Assembly: GCA_963843845.1 (NCBI GenBank)
Contig: CAWJMB010000005.1
Coordinates: 32,001 to 96,000 of the forward strand
Reading direction: 5' to 3'
DNA from: an uncultured Gemmatimonadaceae bacterium
GTDB lineage: Bacteria; Gemmatimonadota; Gemmatimonadetes; Gemmatimonadales; Gemmatimonadaceae
Length of the DNA stretch: 64,000 bases
Part shown: positions 10,121 through 20,885 of the stretch, in pieces
How the letters are laid out: the number at the start of each line of letters is the position of its first letter
How positions within the stretch are numbered: position 1 is the first letter of the stretch
Made by a program: the position numbers and the translations under genes
Notes under the pieces: model-generated
What the model was told of the DNA's origin: nothing
The model's database searches: none
The model's input: the letters and a program-made list of their open reading frames with translations, nothing else

Positions 10121-13100
10121 TCAGAAGTAGAAGTTCAGGCGGGCCGTGTAGTACGTGCGCGGCGAGGAGCTGGCGATGTTCGACTGCACGTTGCCGGTCG
10201 AGTAGTTCGCCTCGGGGTCCTGCCCGCTGAACTTCGTCCAGATCGCCAGGTTGCGCGCGCCGAGGCTGAGGCTCGCGCGCTGGGCGCGGACGGTGCGCAG
10301 CAGCCGGTCGGGCACGCCGATCGTCGCCGAGAGCTCGCGGAAGCGCACGAAGTTGCCCTTCTCGAGATAGCCGCGCGCCGTCGTCGGCGTGCCCGAGCGC
10401 GTCGCGACGCAGCGCGCCTGATCCTCGATCGACGTGTTCGGATCGGAGCGATCCTCGTACTGCGCGAAGTTCGCGCAGAGGAACGACCCGTTGTTGTTCA
10501 GGACGTAGAAGTCGCCCTTGAAGTCGAACAGCGCGTTGACGCGGAGCCGGTTGTCGAACAGTCCGACGTTGTTGGCCATCGAGATCGTCGTCACCGGCAC
10601 CGGCGAGCCGACGTAGGTGAAGGCCGTGTCGACCTGGACCTCGCCCGGCACGATGTAGCCGTCGCCGTTCGCGTCGCCGTACCGGTAGCTGCGGTAGAAC
10701 TGCCCGTCGATCGGGTAGCCGCGCGCGTTGCGCGTCGTGCCCGTTCCGAGCGTCGTCTGCGGCTTGCCCTGCGGGTCGAGGCCGAGGTCGCGGATGCGGT
10801 TCTTGTTGTACGCGCCGTTGAGCTGCACGTCGTACGAGAACTGGCGGTAGTTCGCGACCTGCCCGCCGAGCGTCATCTCGAAGCCCTCGTTCTGGATGCT
10901 GCCGATGTTCCGGAGCACGGTGAGATCGGACGCGGCAGACGACGGCGCGATCGGCTGCGAGATGAGCGCGTCGCGGCTGCGCTTCCGGTAGTACGTGAAG
11001 TCGATGTTCACGCGGTCGCGCAACAGGCGTCCCTCGAACCCGCCCTCGAACTCCGTCTGGACCTCGGGTTTGAGGTTCGGGTTGCCGACCTGCGCGGCGC
11101 GGATGCCCGGCGTGTCGGTGCCGGTGAGCGAGGTGTTGTTCGTCGGCACGTTGGTCGTCGCCGACGCGAACGTGTAGAGCGAGGCCGTCGCGCCCGGATT
11201 GATGCCGGCCTGTCCGTACGACGAGCGCAGGCGGAAGCTCGAGACGAGGGTGCCGCGCGGGAACCACGCTTCCTCGGACATGAGGTACGACACCGAGGCC
11301 TTCGGGTAGATCGCGTTGCCGAAGTCGACGCCGAACGCGCTGTTCTTGTCGCTGCGGGCGCCGAGGGTCAGGTAGAGCCGGTCGCGGAGCGAGAACTGCT
11401 CGTTGACGTAGTAGCCGAGCGTCTTGACCGCCGTCGGCAGCGTGCTGCCGCCGTCGCGCACCGCGGCCTGGCCGACCGACTGCGAGCCCGGCGGCAGGTT
11501 CGTGCCCGACCCGAACGAGAGGTCGGTCTGCTGGTGGACGTAGTTCGCGCCGACCGTCGTCTCGAGGTTGAGCCACGAGAGCGCCTGCCACTTCGCGACG
11601 CCGTTGAGGCGCGACTCGAGGTTGCGGTTGTTCGCGTGCTGGCTGCTCACCGTGCCGAGGCGCTGCGTGCCGCCGGGCGCGCACTCGCTGAAGCGGCAGA
11701 GCGTGAAGTCGCGGCGGTCGATGAGGTCGAAGCCGAGCGTGCCGTTCGCCTGGAGCCAGGTCAGCGGGCGCCAGTTCGCCGTCGTCGCGCCGAGGAAGCG
11801 CTGGATGTCTTCCTTCACCTCGCGCTGGAAGATGTCGCCGTCGGTGTAGCTGTTGTTGCCGTAGAGCACGCGGCCGAGCGCGTCGCGGTCGGTGCGGCCG
11901 GGGCCGACGCCGAGGAAGCCGGGGTTCGTGATCCCCTGGTAGAACACGCTGTAGACGTTGTTGTCCGTCTGCGGCTGGCGCTGGTTCGTCTTCACGTACG
12001 ACGTCTGGACGGCGAGGTCGAACTTGTCGTTGACCGCCGCATTGAGGTTCGCGCGGCCGCTCATGCGGTCGAGGCTCTCGGGCTGCCGCCACTCGTCGCG
12101 GATCGGCAGGTTCGCGGCGTTGAAGCGCGTGTAGTCGACGCCGGGGAGCCGAATCGGGCCGACCTCGCGCGCGAAGTCGCCGCTCGTGAAGTAGCGCACG
12201 CGGTCGCTGCCGCCACTGATCTGTACGCCGCCCTGCCCGCGCCCGCCCGTCTGGATCGGCGACAGGCTGTCGACGCGCAGCACGTTGAGCGACGTCACGC
12301 TGTCCTGGATGCACGTCCGCGCGGCGAGCTGCACGAGCTCACAGCGCGTCTGCACGGTCGGCGCGGCGGGCGTGTGTCCCCAGATCATGTACGACGTCGG
12401 GTAGTAGCCCTTGTCCTCGATCGCGCCGCCCTCGCCGTAGACGGTCCACTGCGCCTTGGCGCCGGCGCGCCCCTTCTTCGTCGTGACGACGACGACGCCG
12501 TTCGCCGCGTCGGTGCCGTAGAGCGTCGCCGCCGACGGCCCCTTCACGATCTCGACGTTCTCGATGTCCTCGGGATTCAGGCTGTTGAGGAACGTCGTCT
12601 GCTGACCGCCGGTGCTGGTGCCCACCGAGCCGGCGTTGAAGCGCACCCCGTCGACGACCCAGATCGGCGCGTTCCCGAGCGAGATCGAGTTCACGCCACG
12701 AAGCCGGATCGTGCCGGCGGTGCCGGTCATCGCGCCCGGCAGCACGGTGACGCCAGGCGCCTTGCCGACGAGGAGATCGCTCACGTTCGTGATCGGCGTC
12801 TCGGCGACGCGCCGTCCGACGTCGGCGAGCGTCGCCGTCGCGTTGCCGAGCTCGACGCGGCGCACCTCGCCGGTCGCCGTCGTGATGACTTCCGAGAGCT
12901 GGATGACCGAGGGCGCGAGCGTGAAGTCGACGGTCATCGAGGCGCCCGCCGTCAGCGTGATCGGTCGCTTCTGCTCCTGATAGCCGACGCGAATCACACG
13001 CACCTCGACGGCGCCGGCCGGCACCCCGCGCAGTGTGTAGCGGCCGTCGGCCCCGGTGCTCGCGACGAGCGTCGTGCCGACGATGACGATGCGGCTTTCC

Positions 13101-13240
13101 GGCAGCGGCTGGCCGGCGCCCTGCGCGGCGACACGACCAGTGATCGTCGCCGGCTGCGCGCCGGCCGCGACGGCGCCGACGAGAAGGGCGATCGGCACCC
13201 CCACGTAGCGCAGGGGACGCCAGACGAAGGTCCTTCTCAT
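10121..13240 (-). CDS. SusC/RagA-family TonB-dependent receptor
   Basis: N-terminal carboxypeptidase-regulatory-like domain; [46 protein letters not shown]-terminal Phe. Confidence 0.93.
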   Translation of the reverse strand: MRRTFVWRPLRYVGVPIALLVGAVAAGAQPATITGRVAAQGAGQPLPESRIVIVGTTLVASTGADGRYTLRGVPAGAVEVRVIRVGYQEQKRPITLTAGASMTVDFTLAPSVIQLSEVITTATGEVRRVELGNATATLADVGRRVAETPITNVSDLLVGKAPGVTVLPGAMTGTAGTIRLRGVNSISLGNAPIWVVDGVRFNAGSVGTSTGGQQTTFLNSLNPEDIENVEIVKGPSAATLYGTDAANGVVVVTTKKGRAGAKAQWTVYGEGGAIEDKGYYPTSYMIWGHTPAAPTVQTRCELVQLAARTCIQDSVTSLNVLRVDSLSPIQTGGRGQGGVQISGGSDRVRYFTSGDFAREVGPIRLPGVDYTRFNAANLPIRDEWRQPESLDRMSGRANLNAAVNDKFDLAVQTSYVKTNQRQPQTDNNVYSVFYQGITNPGFLGVGPGRTDRDALGRVLYGNNSYTDGDIFQREVKEDIQRFLGATTANWRPLTWLQANGTLGFDLIDRRDFTLCRFSECAPGGTQRLGTVSSQHANNRNLESRLNGVAKWQALSWLNLETTVGANYVHQQTDLSFGSGTNLPPGSQSVGQAAVRDGGSTLPTAVKTLGYYVNEQFSLRDRLYLTLGARSDKNSAFGVDFGNAIYPKASVSYLMSEEAWFPRGTLVSSFRLRSSYGQAGINPGATASLYTFASATTNVPTNNTSLTGTDTPGIRAAQVGNPNLKPEVQTEFEGGFEGRLLRDRVNIDFTYYRKRSRDALISQPIAPSSAASDLTVLRNIGSIQNEGFEMTLGGQVANYRQFSYDVQLNGAYNKNRIRDLGLDPQGKPQTTLGTGTTRNARGYPIDGQFYRSYRYGDANGDGYIVPGEVQVDTAFTYVGSPVPVTTISMANNVGLFDNRLRVNALFDFKGDFYVLNNNGSFLCANFAQYEDRSDPNTSIEDQARCVATRSGTPTTARGYLEKGNFVRFRELSATIGVPDRLLRTVRAQRASLSLGARNLAIWTKFSGQDPEANYSTGNVQSNIASSSPRTYYTARLNFYF

Positions 13241-13382
13241 GAGCATGCCTCGACCGAACGGGTGAGCCAGACATCGAGCCGTCGCCCCACCGACCCCGGC
13301 GACACGACGGGTCGTCACAAAGTAGGAACGGGCCGTCCCCCAAGTACGGAGAACGGCCCGGAGCACGCCGACGCGTCGGCGC

Positions 13383-14012
13383 CTAGCTCGCGCGTTGCGG
13401 ATCGGGCGTCGCCGCGTGGTCGGCGAGCGCGTCGGCGACGGCGTGCAGCTCGCCCATGATCGGCGCGGCGAAGCCGACGGTGTCGAGCCGCTCGGCGATG
13501 CGGCCGAACCAGCGCACCTTCGCCTCGCGCCCCTCGGCGAAGCGGCGCCACACGGCTTCGGGGAACGCGGTGCGGCGCAGGTCGGCGAGCAGCGTGCTCG
13601 CCTCGTGCACCTCGTGCGCGGCGAGCACCCAGCGGCTCGTCTCCGACGCCCCCGCGAGGCGGTCCAGGTGGTCGGTCTTCTGCTCCTCGTGCGACAGCTC
13701 GACACCGTCGTCGTCCTGGCGGCGGCCGACGGCGCCCAACACCGCCGTGAGCGACTCGGAGCCGAACTTGTCTTCGAGACGCAGGCGCACCGCGTCGGGG
13801 CTCGAGCCGTCGCGCAGATAGTCCTGGACCACCGACTGCAGCACCGCGGCGACGATCGTCGTCTCGTCGCGCCCGTAGCGCGTGAGGATGACGGCGACGT
13901 TCGCGGGGGCGGTGAAGTAGGGCAGCCGCATCCCCTTCCGCACTTCCTGGTCGTGGTGCTTCGCCGCGAACGCGAGCGCGTGGTTGATGCGGTCGGAGTA
14001 GCCAGGGGTCAT
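13383..14012 (-). CDS. RelA/SpoT-type HD-domain protein with degenerate catalytic motifs
   Basis: [21 protein letters not shown] resembles the small alarmone hydrolase N-terminus; [10 protein letters not shown] replaces AALLHDVVED. Confidence 0.75.
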   Translation of the reverse strand: MTPGYSDRINHALAFAAKHHDQEVRKGMRLPYFTAPANVAVILTRYGRDETTIVAAVLQSVVQDYLRDGSSPDAVRLRLEDKFGSESLTAVLGAVGRRQDDDGVELSHEEQKTDHLDRLAGASETSRWVLAAHEVHEASTLLADLRRTAFPEAVWRRFAEGREAKVRWFGRIAERLDTVGFAAPIMGELHAVADALADHAATPDPQRAS

Positions 14013-14521
14013 GAGCGTGCAGCCTGCGCTGCCGGGGGAGAGGCGAATCGGCGGAGAAGGTGCTCGAGTCCTGTCCGGTCGTCGGCGTCGAACGCGGCGA
14101 GGCGCTCGGAGTCGACGTCGAACACCGCGACGAGCGCGCCGCGTGAGTCTACGACCGGCAGCACGATCTCGCTGCGCGAGCGGCCGTCGCAGGCGATGTG
14201 GCCGGGGAACGCGTGCACGTCGTCGACGATCACGGCGCGCCGCTCCGCCGCCGCCGTGCCGCACACCCCGCGCCCGAACGCGATCTCGAGGCAGCCGAGC
14301 GTGCCCTGATACGGGCCGACGCGGAGCAGGCGGTCAGGCTCCACGACGCGATAGAAGCCGGTCCACAGATGGCCGAACGCGTGGTGCACGAGGCAGCTCA
14401 CCGTCGCCATCTCGGCGATCGGATCGTCGACGCCCTCGAGCACGGCGTCGAGCTGGTCGCCGAGCTGCGCGTAGGCGGCGGGCTTCGGGAGGTGGCGGAG
14501 GTCGAGCGTCTGTTCGGCCAT
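14009..14521 (-). CDS. GAF-domain protein, free methionine-R-sulfoxide reductase-like
   Basis: WTGFY, GPYQGTLGC, GRGVCGTAA, DVHAFPGHIACD, SEIVLP, FDVDS. Confidence 0.88.
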   Translation of the reverse strand: MAEQTLDLRHLPKPAAYAQLGDQLDAVLEGVDDPIAEMATVSCLVHHAFGHLWTGFYRVVEPDRLLRVGPYQGTLGCLEIAFGRGVCGTAAAERRAVIVDDVHAFPGHIACDGRSRSEIVLPVVDSRGALVAVFDVDSERLAAFDADDRTGLEHLLRRFASPPAAQAARS

Positions 14522-14543
14522 TGTCGATGCTGTTCGATTCTCA

Positions 14544-14628
14544 CGGAAGGAACCGAAGGAACGGAAGGCACCCGAAGGGCCGTGCAGGGCCCGTCGTCCG
14601 GTTCCTTCCGTTCCTTCGATTCCTTCCG
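14544..14628. repeat. Inverted repeat of three 9-bp GAAGGAAC-type units per arm
   Basis: CGGAAGGAACCGAAGGAACGGAAGGCACC...GGTTCCTTCCGTTCCTTCGATTCCTTCCG. Confidence 0.85.
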
Positions 14629-14692
14629 GAAAAAAAACGCCGAGCCACGCCCGGCGTGCTGTAGAATGGTAGCGCAGCAGTGACCTCTCATC

Positions 14693-16126
14693 ATGACGGA
14701 GCGTACGATGACCGGCCATCCAGACCGACGCGACTTCCTCAAGACCGCCGCGCTCGCCGGCGTCGGACTCGGCGTCGGCGCGTGCCACGCGGGCGGGGCG
14801 GCGCCGAACGCGAACGTCGCACCGGTTCCGGCCGCGCTGCGTGGTTCGGCGCCCGGCCCCGAGCCGTTCACGGCGCCGCCGCTCGAGCGGGTGCGGGTCG
14901 GCGTCGTGGGCGTCGGCCATCAGGGGTCGTCGCACGTCAGGAACTTCCTGCGCATCGACAACGTCGACGTCGTCGCGATCTGCGACGTGACGCCGGCGAA
15001 CCTCGCGCGCTCGCAGAAGGCCGTCACCGACGCCGGCCGCCCACCGGCGACGGGGTACGGCGAGCGCGGGCCCCGCGACTTCGAGCGGATGATCGGCGAG
15101 GAGCAGCTCGACCTCGTGTTCACCGCGACGCCGTGGGAGTGGCACGCGCCGGTGCTGCTCGCCGCGATGCGCGCCGGGAGACACGCCGCGACCGAGGTGC
15201 CGTTCGGCGTCACGCTCGACGAGGTGTGGGAGCTCGTCGAGACGGCGGAGCGCACGCGGCGGCACTGCGTGATGATGGAGAACTGCTGCTACGACCGGCC
15301 GGAGATGATGATCCTCAACATGGTCCGCCGGGGCGTGTTCGGCGAGCTGCTGCACGCCGAGTGCGGGTACCTGCACGACCTGCGGTCGTTGAAGCTGACG
15401 GACTACTACTACGACCGGTGGCGCGTCAAGCATTCCGTTCGCCGCGACGGCGACCTCTATCCGACGCACGGCCTCGGCCCCGTCGCGCAGTGGCTGGACA
15501 TCAACCGCGGCAACCAGTTCGACCACCTCGTGTCGATGTCGACGAAGTCGCGCGGGCTGAACGCGTGGGCCGCCGAGCACATCGGCCCGACCAGCCCCGA
15601 GGCGAGGCAGACGTACGCGTTGGGCGACGTCGTGACGACGCTCATCCGCACGAAGCGCGGCGAGACGATCCGCATCTCGCACGACACCGACTCGCCGCGT
15701 CCGTACAGCCGCGACACCGCGCTGCAGGGCACGAAGGGGCTGGTGCGCAAATACCCGGAGGCGAAGATCTACCTCGAGGGGCGCAGCAAGAACGACCGGT
15801 GGGAGGAGCTCGCGGCGTACCGCGCGCAGTACGACCACCCGCTGTGGACGGGGCTCGACGAGCGCGCCGCCGGCGCGGGGCACGGCGGCATGGACTACAT
15901 CGAGGACTACCGCCTCGTACAGTGCCTCCGGCAGGGTGCGCCGATGGACATGGACGTCTACGACGGCGCCGCGTGGACGGCCGTCATCATGCTCAGCGAG
16001 CAGTCGATCGCCGGGCGCAGCCGCTCGGTGGACTTTCCGGACTTCACGCGCGGTGCCTGGCAGCGGCGCGCGCCGTTAGGCATCGTCGACGTCGACGGCC
16101 GCGCCGTCGCGAGTGGCGCCCGATGA
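14693..16126 (+). CDS. GH109-like NAD-dependent glycosidase (Gfo/Idh/MocA family), Tat lipoprotein
   Basis: RRDFLK Tat motif plus VGAC; TATPWEWH, MMENCCY, YPTHGLGP, GHGGMD. Confidence 0.88.
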   Translation: MTERTMTGHPDRRDFLKTAALAGVGLGVGACHAGGAAPNANVAPVPAALRGSAPGPEPFTAPPLERVRVGVVGVGHQGSSHVRNFLRIDNVDVVAICDVTPANLARSQKAVTDAGRPPATGYGERGPRDFERMIGEEQLDLVFTATPWEWHAPVLLAAMRAGRHAATEVPFGVTLDEVWELVETAERTRRHCVMMENCCYDRPEMMILNMVRRGVFGELLHAECGYLHDLRSLKLTDYYYDRWRVKHSVRRDGDLYPTHGLGPVAQWLDINRGNQFDHLVSMSTKSRGLNAWAAEHIGPTSPEARQTYALGDVVTTLIRTKRGETIRISHDTDSPRPYSRDTALQGTKGLVRKYPEAKIYLEGRSKNDRWEELAAYRAQYDHPLWTGLDERAAGAGHGGMDYIEDYRLVQCLRQGAPMDMDVYDGAAWTAVIMLSEQSIAGRSRSVDFPDFTRGAWQRRAPLGIVDVDGRAVASGAR

Positions 16127-18019
16127 GCCTCACCCTGCTCGACTGGCTCATCGCCGCCGCGTCGATTCTCGTCTGCTTCGTCCCCGCCCTGTTCTTCGGC
16201 CGGCGGGCGAGCACGAGCACGTCGGAGTTCTTCGCGTCGGGCCGCTCGGTGCCCTGGTGGCTCGCCGGGCTCTCGATGGTCGCGACGACGTTCAGCAGCG
16301 ACACGCCGAACTGGGTGACGCAGCAGGTGCGGCAGTACGGCGTCGCGGGGAACTGGCAGTGGTGGGCGTTCGTGCTGACCGGCGTCGCGACGGTGTTCTT
16401 CTTCGCGCGACTGTGGCGCCGCTCCGGCGTGATGACCGACCTGGAGTTCTACGAGCTCCGCTACTCGGGAAGGGCCGCGTCGGTCGTGCGCGGCTTCCGG
16501 GCCGTCTACCTCGGGCTGTTCTTCAACTGCTTCATCATGGGGATGGTGACGCTCGCGGCGTGCAAGATCGCGAACATCCTGTTCGCGATGCCGCCGTGGC
16601 AGACGATCCTCATCTGCGGCGTGCTGAACGTGGTGTTCGCGGCCCACTCCGGACTGTGGGGCGTGCTCGTCATCGACATGGTGCAGTTCATCATCAAGAT
16701 GACGGCGGTGATCGCCGCGGCGTACTTCGCGCTCGTCGCGGTCGCCGACCGCACGGGCGTCGGCGGCGGCGCGATGGCCGGGCTGCACGAGCTCGTGAGC
16801 CGGCTCGGCGCGCAGCAGGTGAGCTACGCGGCGGGCGGGCAGCCGGTGCTGTCGCCGATCGACGGGCGCGGACAGCCGATCCTCGACATCCTGCCCGAAC
16901 TTCGCCCTGGGCGACCTCGCGCTGATGATCTTCATCATGCCGATCGCGATCGGGTGGTGGGCGAACTGGTATCCGGGCGCGGAGCCCGGCGGCGGGAGCT
17001 ACATCGCGCAGCGGATGCTCGCGTCGAAGTCGGAGAAGGACGCCCTCGGCGGCACCCTGTTCTTCAACTTCGCGCACTACGTGCTGCGCCCGTGGCCGTG
17101 GATCATCACGGCGCTCTGCTCGATCATCATCTACCCCGAGCTGAGCGACATCCAGGCGGCGTTCCCCGCGGCGGACCCGCGACTGATCGGCCACGACAGC
17201 GCCTTCCCCGCGATGCTGAAGTTCCTCCCCGCAGGCTTCGTCGGCCTCATGGTCGGCGGCCTCGTCGCCGCGAACTCGTCGACGATCCTCACGCACCTCA
17301 ACTGGGGCTCGTCGTACCTCGTTCACGACTTCTACCGCCGCTTCGTGCGGCGCGACGCGAGCGAGCGGCACTACGTGAACGTCGGCCGCGTCTGCACGAT
17401 CGGACTCTACGTCGTCGCCGCGCTGCTCAGCCGGGTCCTCGACTCGGCGCAGGAGGCGTTCGAGGTGCTCATCTCGATCGGCGCCGGGACGGGGCTGCTC
17501 TACATGCTGCGCTGGTTCTGGTGGCGCATCAACGCGACGTGCGAGGTCGTCGCCATGATCAGCTCGTTCGCGATCTCGGTCGTCTTCTTCGCGATGCGGA
17601 AGGCGGGACGCGGTCTGCCGTTCGCCCAGACCGTGCTGCTCTCGGTCGCGTTCACGACGGTGTGCTGGCTCGTCGCCGCGTACGCGGGGCCGGCGACGAG
17701 CCGCGAGCAGCTCGTCGCGTTCTATCGCAAGACGCGTCCGGCGGGCCCGGGGTGGGCGTGGGTGCGCGACGCCGCCGGCGTGAGCGCGTCCGCCACGCGG
17801 AGCGACCACATGGGGCTCGCGACGCTCGGCTGGCTCTCGGGGTGCCTCACGATCTGGTCGTCGCTGTTCGCCGTCGGCCAGCTGCTGTACGGCCGCCCGT
17901 CGACGGCGCTGCTGTTGGGCGCGGTCTTCGCGGTCAGCGCGACCGTGCTCGTCTTCGTCGTGCGGCACCTGTGGGACCGGCGCGGCGGCGCGGCAGACGC
18001 GGCGGCGGAGACCGCGTGA
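16123..18019 (+). CDS. Sodium:solute symporter family protein (frameshift near 16900)
   Basis: EFFASGRSVPWWLAGLSMVATTFSSDTP, YIAQRMLASKSE, THLNWGSSYLVHD; many TM helices. Confidence 0.9.
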
Positions 18020-18873
18020 GCGCGACGAAAGCGGTGATCCTCGCGCGCGGGCTCGGCACGCGGATGCGCGCGGGCGACACCGCCGGCGACGCCGCGGCGC
18101 TCACGGCCGAGCAGGCCGCCGTCGCGAGCACGGGGCTCAAGGCCATGATCCCCGTCGGCGACGCGGGCGCGGCGAGACGCCCATTCCTCGACTACGCGAT
18201 CAGCGCGCTCGCCGACGCCGGCTTCACGGACGTCTGTCTCGTCATCGGTCCCGAGCACGACGTCGTGCGCGCGCACTACGCCGGCGACTCGGCGCCGACC
18301 CGGGTGCGCCTGCACTTCGCGGTGCAAGCACGACCGTTAGGCACCGCCGATGCCGTGCTCGCGGCCGAGTCGTTCGTCGCCGACGACGCGTTCGTCGTGC
18401 TGAACGGCGACAACTACTATCCGTCGGCCGTGCTGGCGCAGCTTCGCGCGACGGCGCCGCCGGCGACGCTCGCGTTCTCGCGCGCCGCACTGCTCCGCTC
18501 GGGGGCGATCCCGCCGGAGCGCATCGCGGCGTACGCGATGCTCGAGATCGACGGCGACGGCGACGTGCGGCGCGTGACCGAGAAGCCGAGCGCGGCGGAG
18601 CTGGACGCGTTCGCCGACGACGTACGGCACGACGACGTCCGCGTGAGCATGAACTGCTGGCTGTTCTCGGCGGCGATCTTCCGCGCCTGCCGCGAGGTCG
18701 CGCCGTCGCCGCGCGGGGAGCTCGAGCTGCCGCTCGCGGTGCAGCACGGGATCGATGCGCTCGGCATGCGCGTGCGCGGGATTCCGGTACACGCGGCAGT
18801 GCTCGATCTGTCGCGCCGCGCCGACGTCGCGGTCGTGACGTCGCAGCTCGCCACGATCGAGGTCCGGCTCTGA
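18016..18873 (+). CDS. Sugar-1-phosphate nucleotidyltransferase family protein
   Basis: AVILARGLGTRMR, KAMIPV, QARPLGTADAV, NGDNYY, EKP, SPRGELEL; GTGA overlap with the symporter stop. Confidence 0.88.
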   Translation: MSATKAVILARGLGTRMRAGDTAGDAAALTAEQAAVASTGLKAMIPVGDAGAARRPFLDYAISALADAGFTDVCLVIGPEHDVVRAHYAGDSAPTRVRLHFAVQARPLGTADAVLAAESFVADDAFVVLNGDNYYPSAVLAQLRATAPPATLAFSRAALLRSGAIPPERIAAYAMLEIDGDGDVRRVTEKPSAAELDAFADDVRHDDVRVSMNCWLFSAAIFRACREVAPSPRGELELPLAVQHGIDALGMRVRGIPVHAAVLDLSRRADVAVVTSQLATIEVRL

Positions 18874-18896
18874 GGGGATCGGCCGGCGACCCGCCC

Positions 18897-20276
18897 GTGG
18901 ACGCGGCACGACTGCGGGCGGCCGGGCTCAGCGTCGCGGCCGCGGACGGGCACGTCGTGCTGTTCGCGCGCGCCCGCGCCGCTCTCGACGCACTGCGCGG
19001 CGAGACGCGCGGCGCCGACTCGGGCCCGGCCCTCGCCCCGCCCGACGATGCGCTCGCGGTCGACGCGTTCTGGGTGCCGGGGCGCGTCGAGCTGCTCGGG
19101 AAACACACCGACTACGCCGGCGGGCGCAGTCTGCTGTGCGCGATCGAGCGCGGCGTCTGTCTCGTCGTCGCCGCGCGGCGCGACGCGCGCGTTCGTATCG
19201 TGGACGCCGTCCGGCACGGCGAGATCGTCGACGGATCGCTCGACGCCGAGGCGACCGGGGGGGCGTTCGACAGAGCGTCCGCGGCGGCGCCCGGATGGGC
19301 GCCGTATCCGTCGACCGTCGTGCGGCGACTCGCACGCAACTTCGGCCCGTCGCTGCGCGGCGCCGACATCGCGTTCGCGAGCGACCTCCCGCCGGCGGCC
19401 GGGATGAGCAGCTCGAGCGCGCTCATGATCGCGATCTTCCTCGCGCTCGCCGCGGTGAATCGCCTGGCGGAGCGCGACGCGTACCGTCGATCCATCCACA
19501 CGCCGGAGGATCTCGCCGGCTACCTGGGCACGGTCGAGAACGGGCAGAGCTTCGGCGCGCTGACCGGCGACGCGGGGGTCGGGACGTTCGGCGGGAGTCA
19601 GGACCACACGGCGATTCTGTGCGCGCGCCCCGACGCGCTCGTGCAGTACGCGTTCTGTCCCGTGCGGTTCGAGCGCGCCGTCCCGCTGCCACGCGACCAC
19701 GTGCTGGTGATCGCGTCGAGCGGCATCGCGGCGGAGAAGACCGGCGCGGCTCGCGAGCGCTACAACCGCGCGTCGCTCGCCGTGCGGGCGATCGTCGCAG
19801 CGTGGAACGCCGCGACCGGACGCGCCGACGCCACGCTCGCCGATGCGCTCGACTCGGCGCCTCACGCGCGGCAGCGATTGCGCGCGACGCTCGCCGGCGA
19901 TCACGCCGATCGCGTCGAGCAGTTCGTGCTCGAGAGCACCGAGATCATCCCGGCGGCGGGCGACGCGCTCGTACTCGGCGACCTCGAACGGCTCGGCGCG
20001 CTCGTCGATCGCTCGCAGCGGGCGGCGGAGCAGTGGCTCGGCAATCAGATCGCCGAGACGGCGTGGCTCGCGCGCGAGGCACGCTCGGCGGGCGCGGTGG
20101 CGGCGTCGGCGTTCGGGGCGGGATTCGGGGGGAGCGTGTGGGCGCTCGTGCCGGAGTCGGCGGCCGAGGCGTTTCGCGTGCGGTGGGCGGAAGGGTATGC
20201 CGCACGATTCGCGGAGGCGGCGCCGCGTGCGCAGGTCTTCTGTACGCGTGCCGGGCCGGCAGCCGTGCGGCTCTGA
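18897..20276 (+). CDS. Galactokinase-like GHMP sugar kinase
   Basis: PGRVELLGKHTDYAGG, PPAAGMSSSSA, FGAGFGGS. Confidence 0.88.
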   Translation: MDAARLRAAGLSVAAADGHVVLFARARAALDALRGETRGADSGPALAPPDDALAVDAFWVPGRVELLGKHTDYAGGRSLLCAIERGVCLVVAARRDARVRIVDAVRHGEIVDGSLDAEATGGAFDRASAAAPGWAPYPSTVVRRLARNFGPSLRGADIAFASDLPPAAGMSSSSALMIAIFLALAAVNRLAERDAYRRSIHTPEDLAGYLGTVENGQSFGALTGDAGVGTFGGSQDHTAILCARPDALVQYAFCPVRFERAVPLPRDHVLVIASSGIAAEKTGAARERYNRASLAVRAIVAAWNAATGRADATLADALDSAPHARQRLRATLAGDHADRVEQFVLESTEIIPAAGDALVLGDLERLGALVDRSQRAAEQWLGNQIAETAWLAREARSAGAVAASAFGAGFGGSVWALVPESAAEAFRVRWAEGYAARFAEAAPRAQVFCTRAGPAAVRL

Positions 20277-20343
20277 ACGGTCGTGCGCAGGTGCGCCGCC
20301 AGCGTGCTCCGGGACGAGCGGCGATTACGGCGGGACCTGTGCC

Positions 20344-20777
20344 TCAGATCGCCGCACCGATCTGCCCCAGCACGATGAGATCGAGCACCGCCAGCGCCCC
20401 CCTTGCACGATCACCCCGATCCCGGCGCCCACCGCCCCGAGCCGCCGCCCGAACATCCACCCGGCGATCGCGAGCGTCGCCCCGACGCCGACGTAGCCCG
20501 CGTCGAGTCCGACGTTCAGCCAGAGCAGTCGCGCCACGCGCTCCGCTCCCGAATAGTCGCGCAGCGCCAGCCCCCGCAGGGCCACGAGCGCGATCGCGAG
20601 GTCGACCGCGCCCCACGCCGCCGTCTGGATCGCGAAGTGCCGCACGAGCGGCGACCGCTGCCGCCGGAGCACGAGCAGCGCGACGAGCAGCGATCCGACG
20701 AGCACGCACGCCGCACCCCACACGCCGACGCGGAGCAGATGCGCGCGTTCGAGCGCGAGAAACGTGTCCGACCACAT
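20344..20777 (-). CDS. Four-TM hypothetical membrane protein (frameshift near 20400)
   Basis: FAIQTAAWGAVD, LWLNVGLDAGYVGVG, GVIVQG..LAVLD; TAGACT -10 element 7 nt upstream of ATG. Confidence 0.7.
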
Positions 20778-20885
20778 GGCGCGGAGTCTAACGACGTCGA
20801 GGCGATGGCCGACACGCGCGCGACACGCGCGACACGCGAGCGGCGCGCCAGCGGCGCCGGCACCAGTCGTGCCTCGTGCGACCGC

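Noticed and set aside
8789..13459. 1556-aa ORF on the + strand (also 49327-53787)
   Set aside because: Antisense shadows of susCD and the giant PEP-CTERM gene, typical of high-GC codon bias.
14630..14637. A-run after the 9-bp-unit hairpin as a terminator tail or phase-variable tract
   Set aside because: It is on the wrong side of the hairpin for termination on either strand, and homopolymer length is unreliable in this sequence.
14680..18873. 1397-aa symporter/nucleotidyltransferase fusion (also 58181-62782 and 31475-34252)
   Set aside because: These are chance read-throughs joining out-of-frame sequence to separate genes that each have their own start and motifs.
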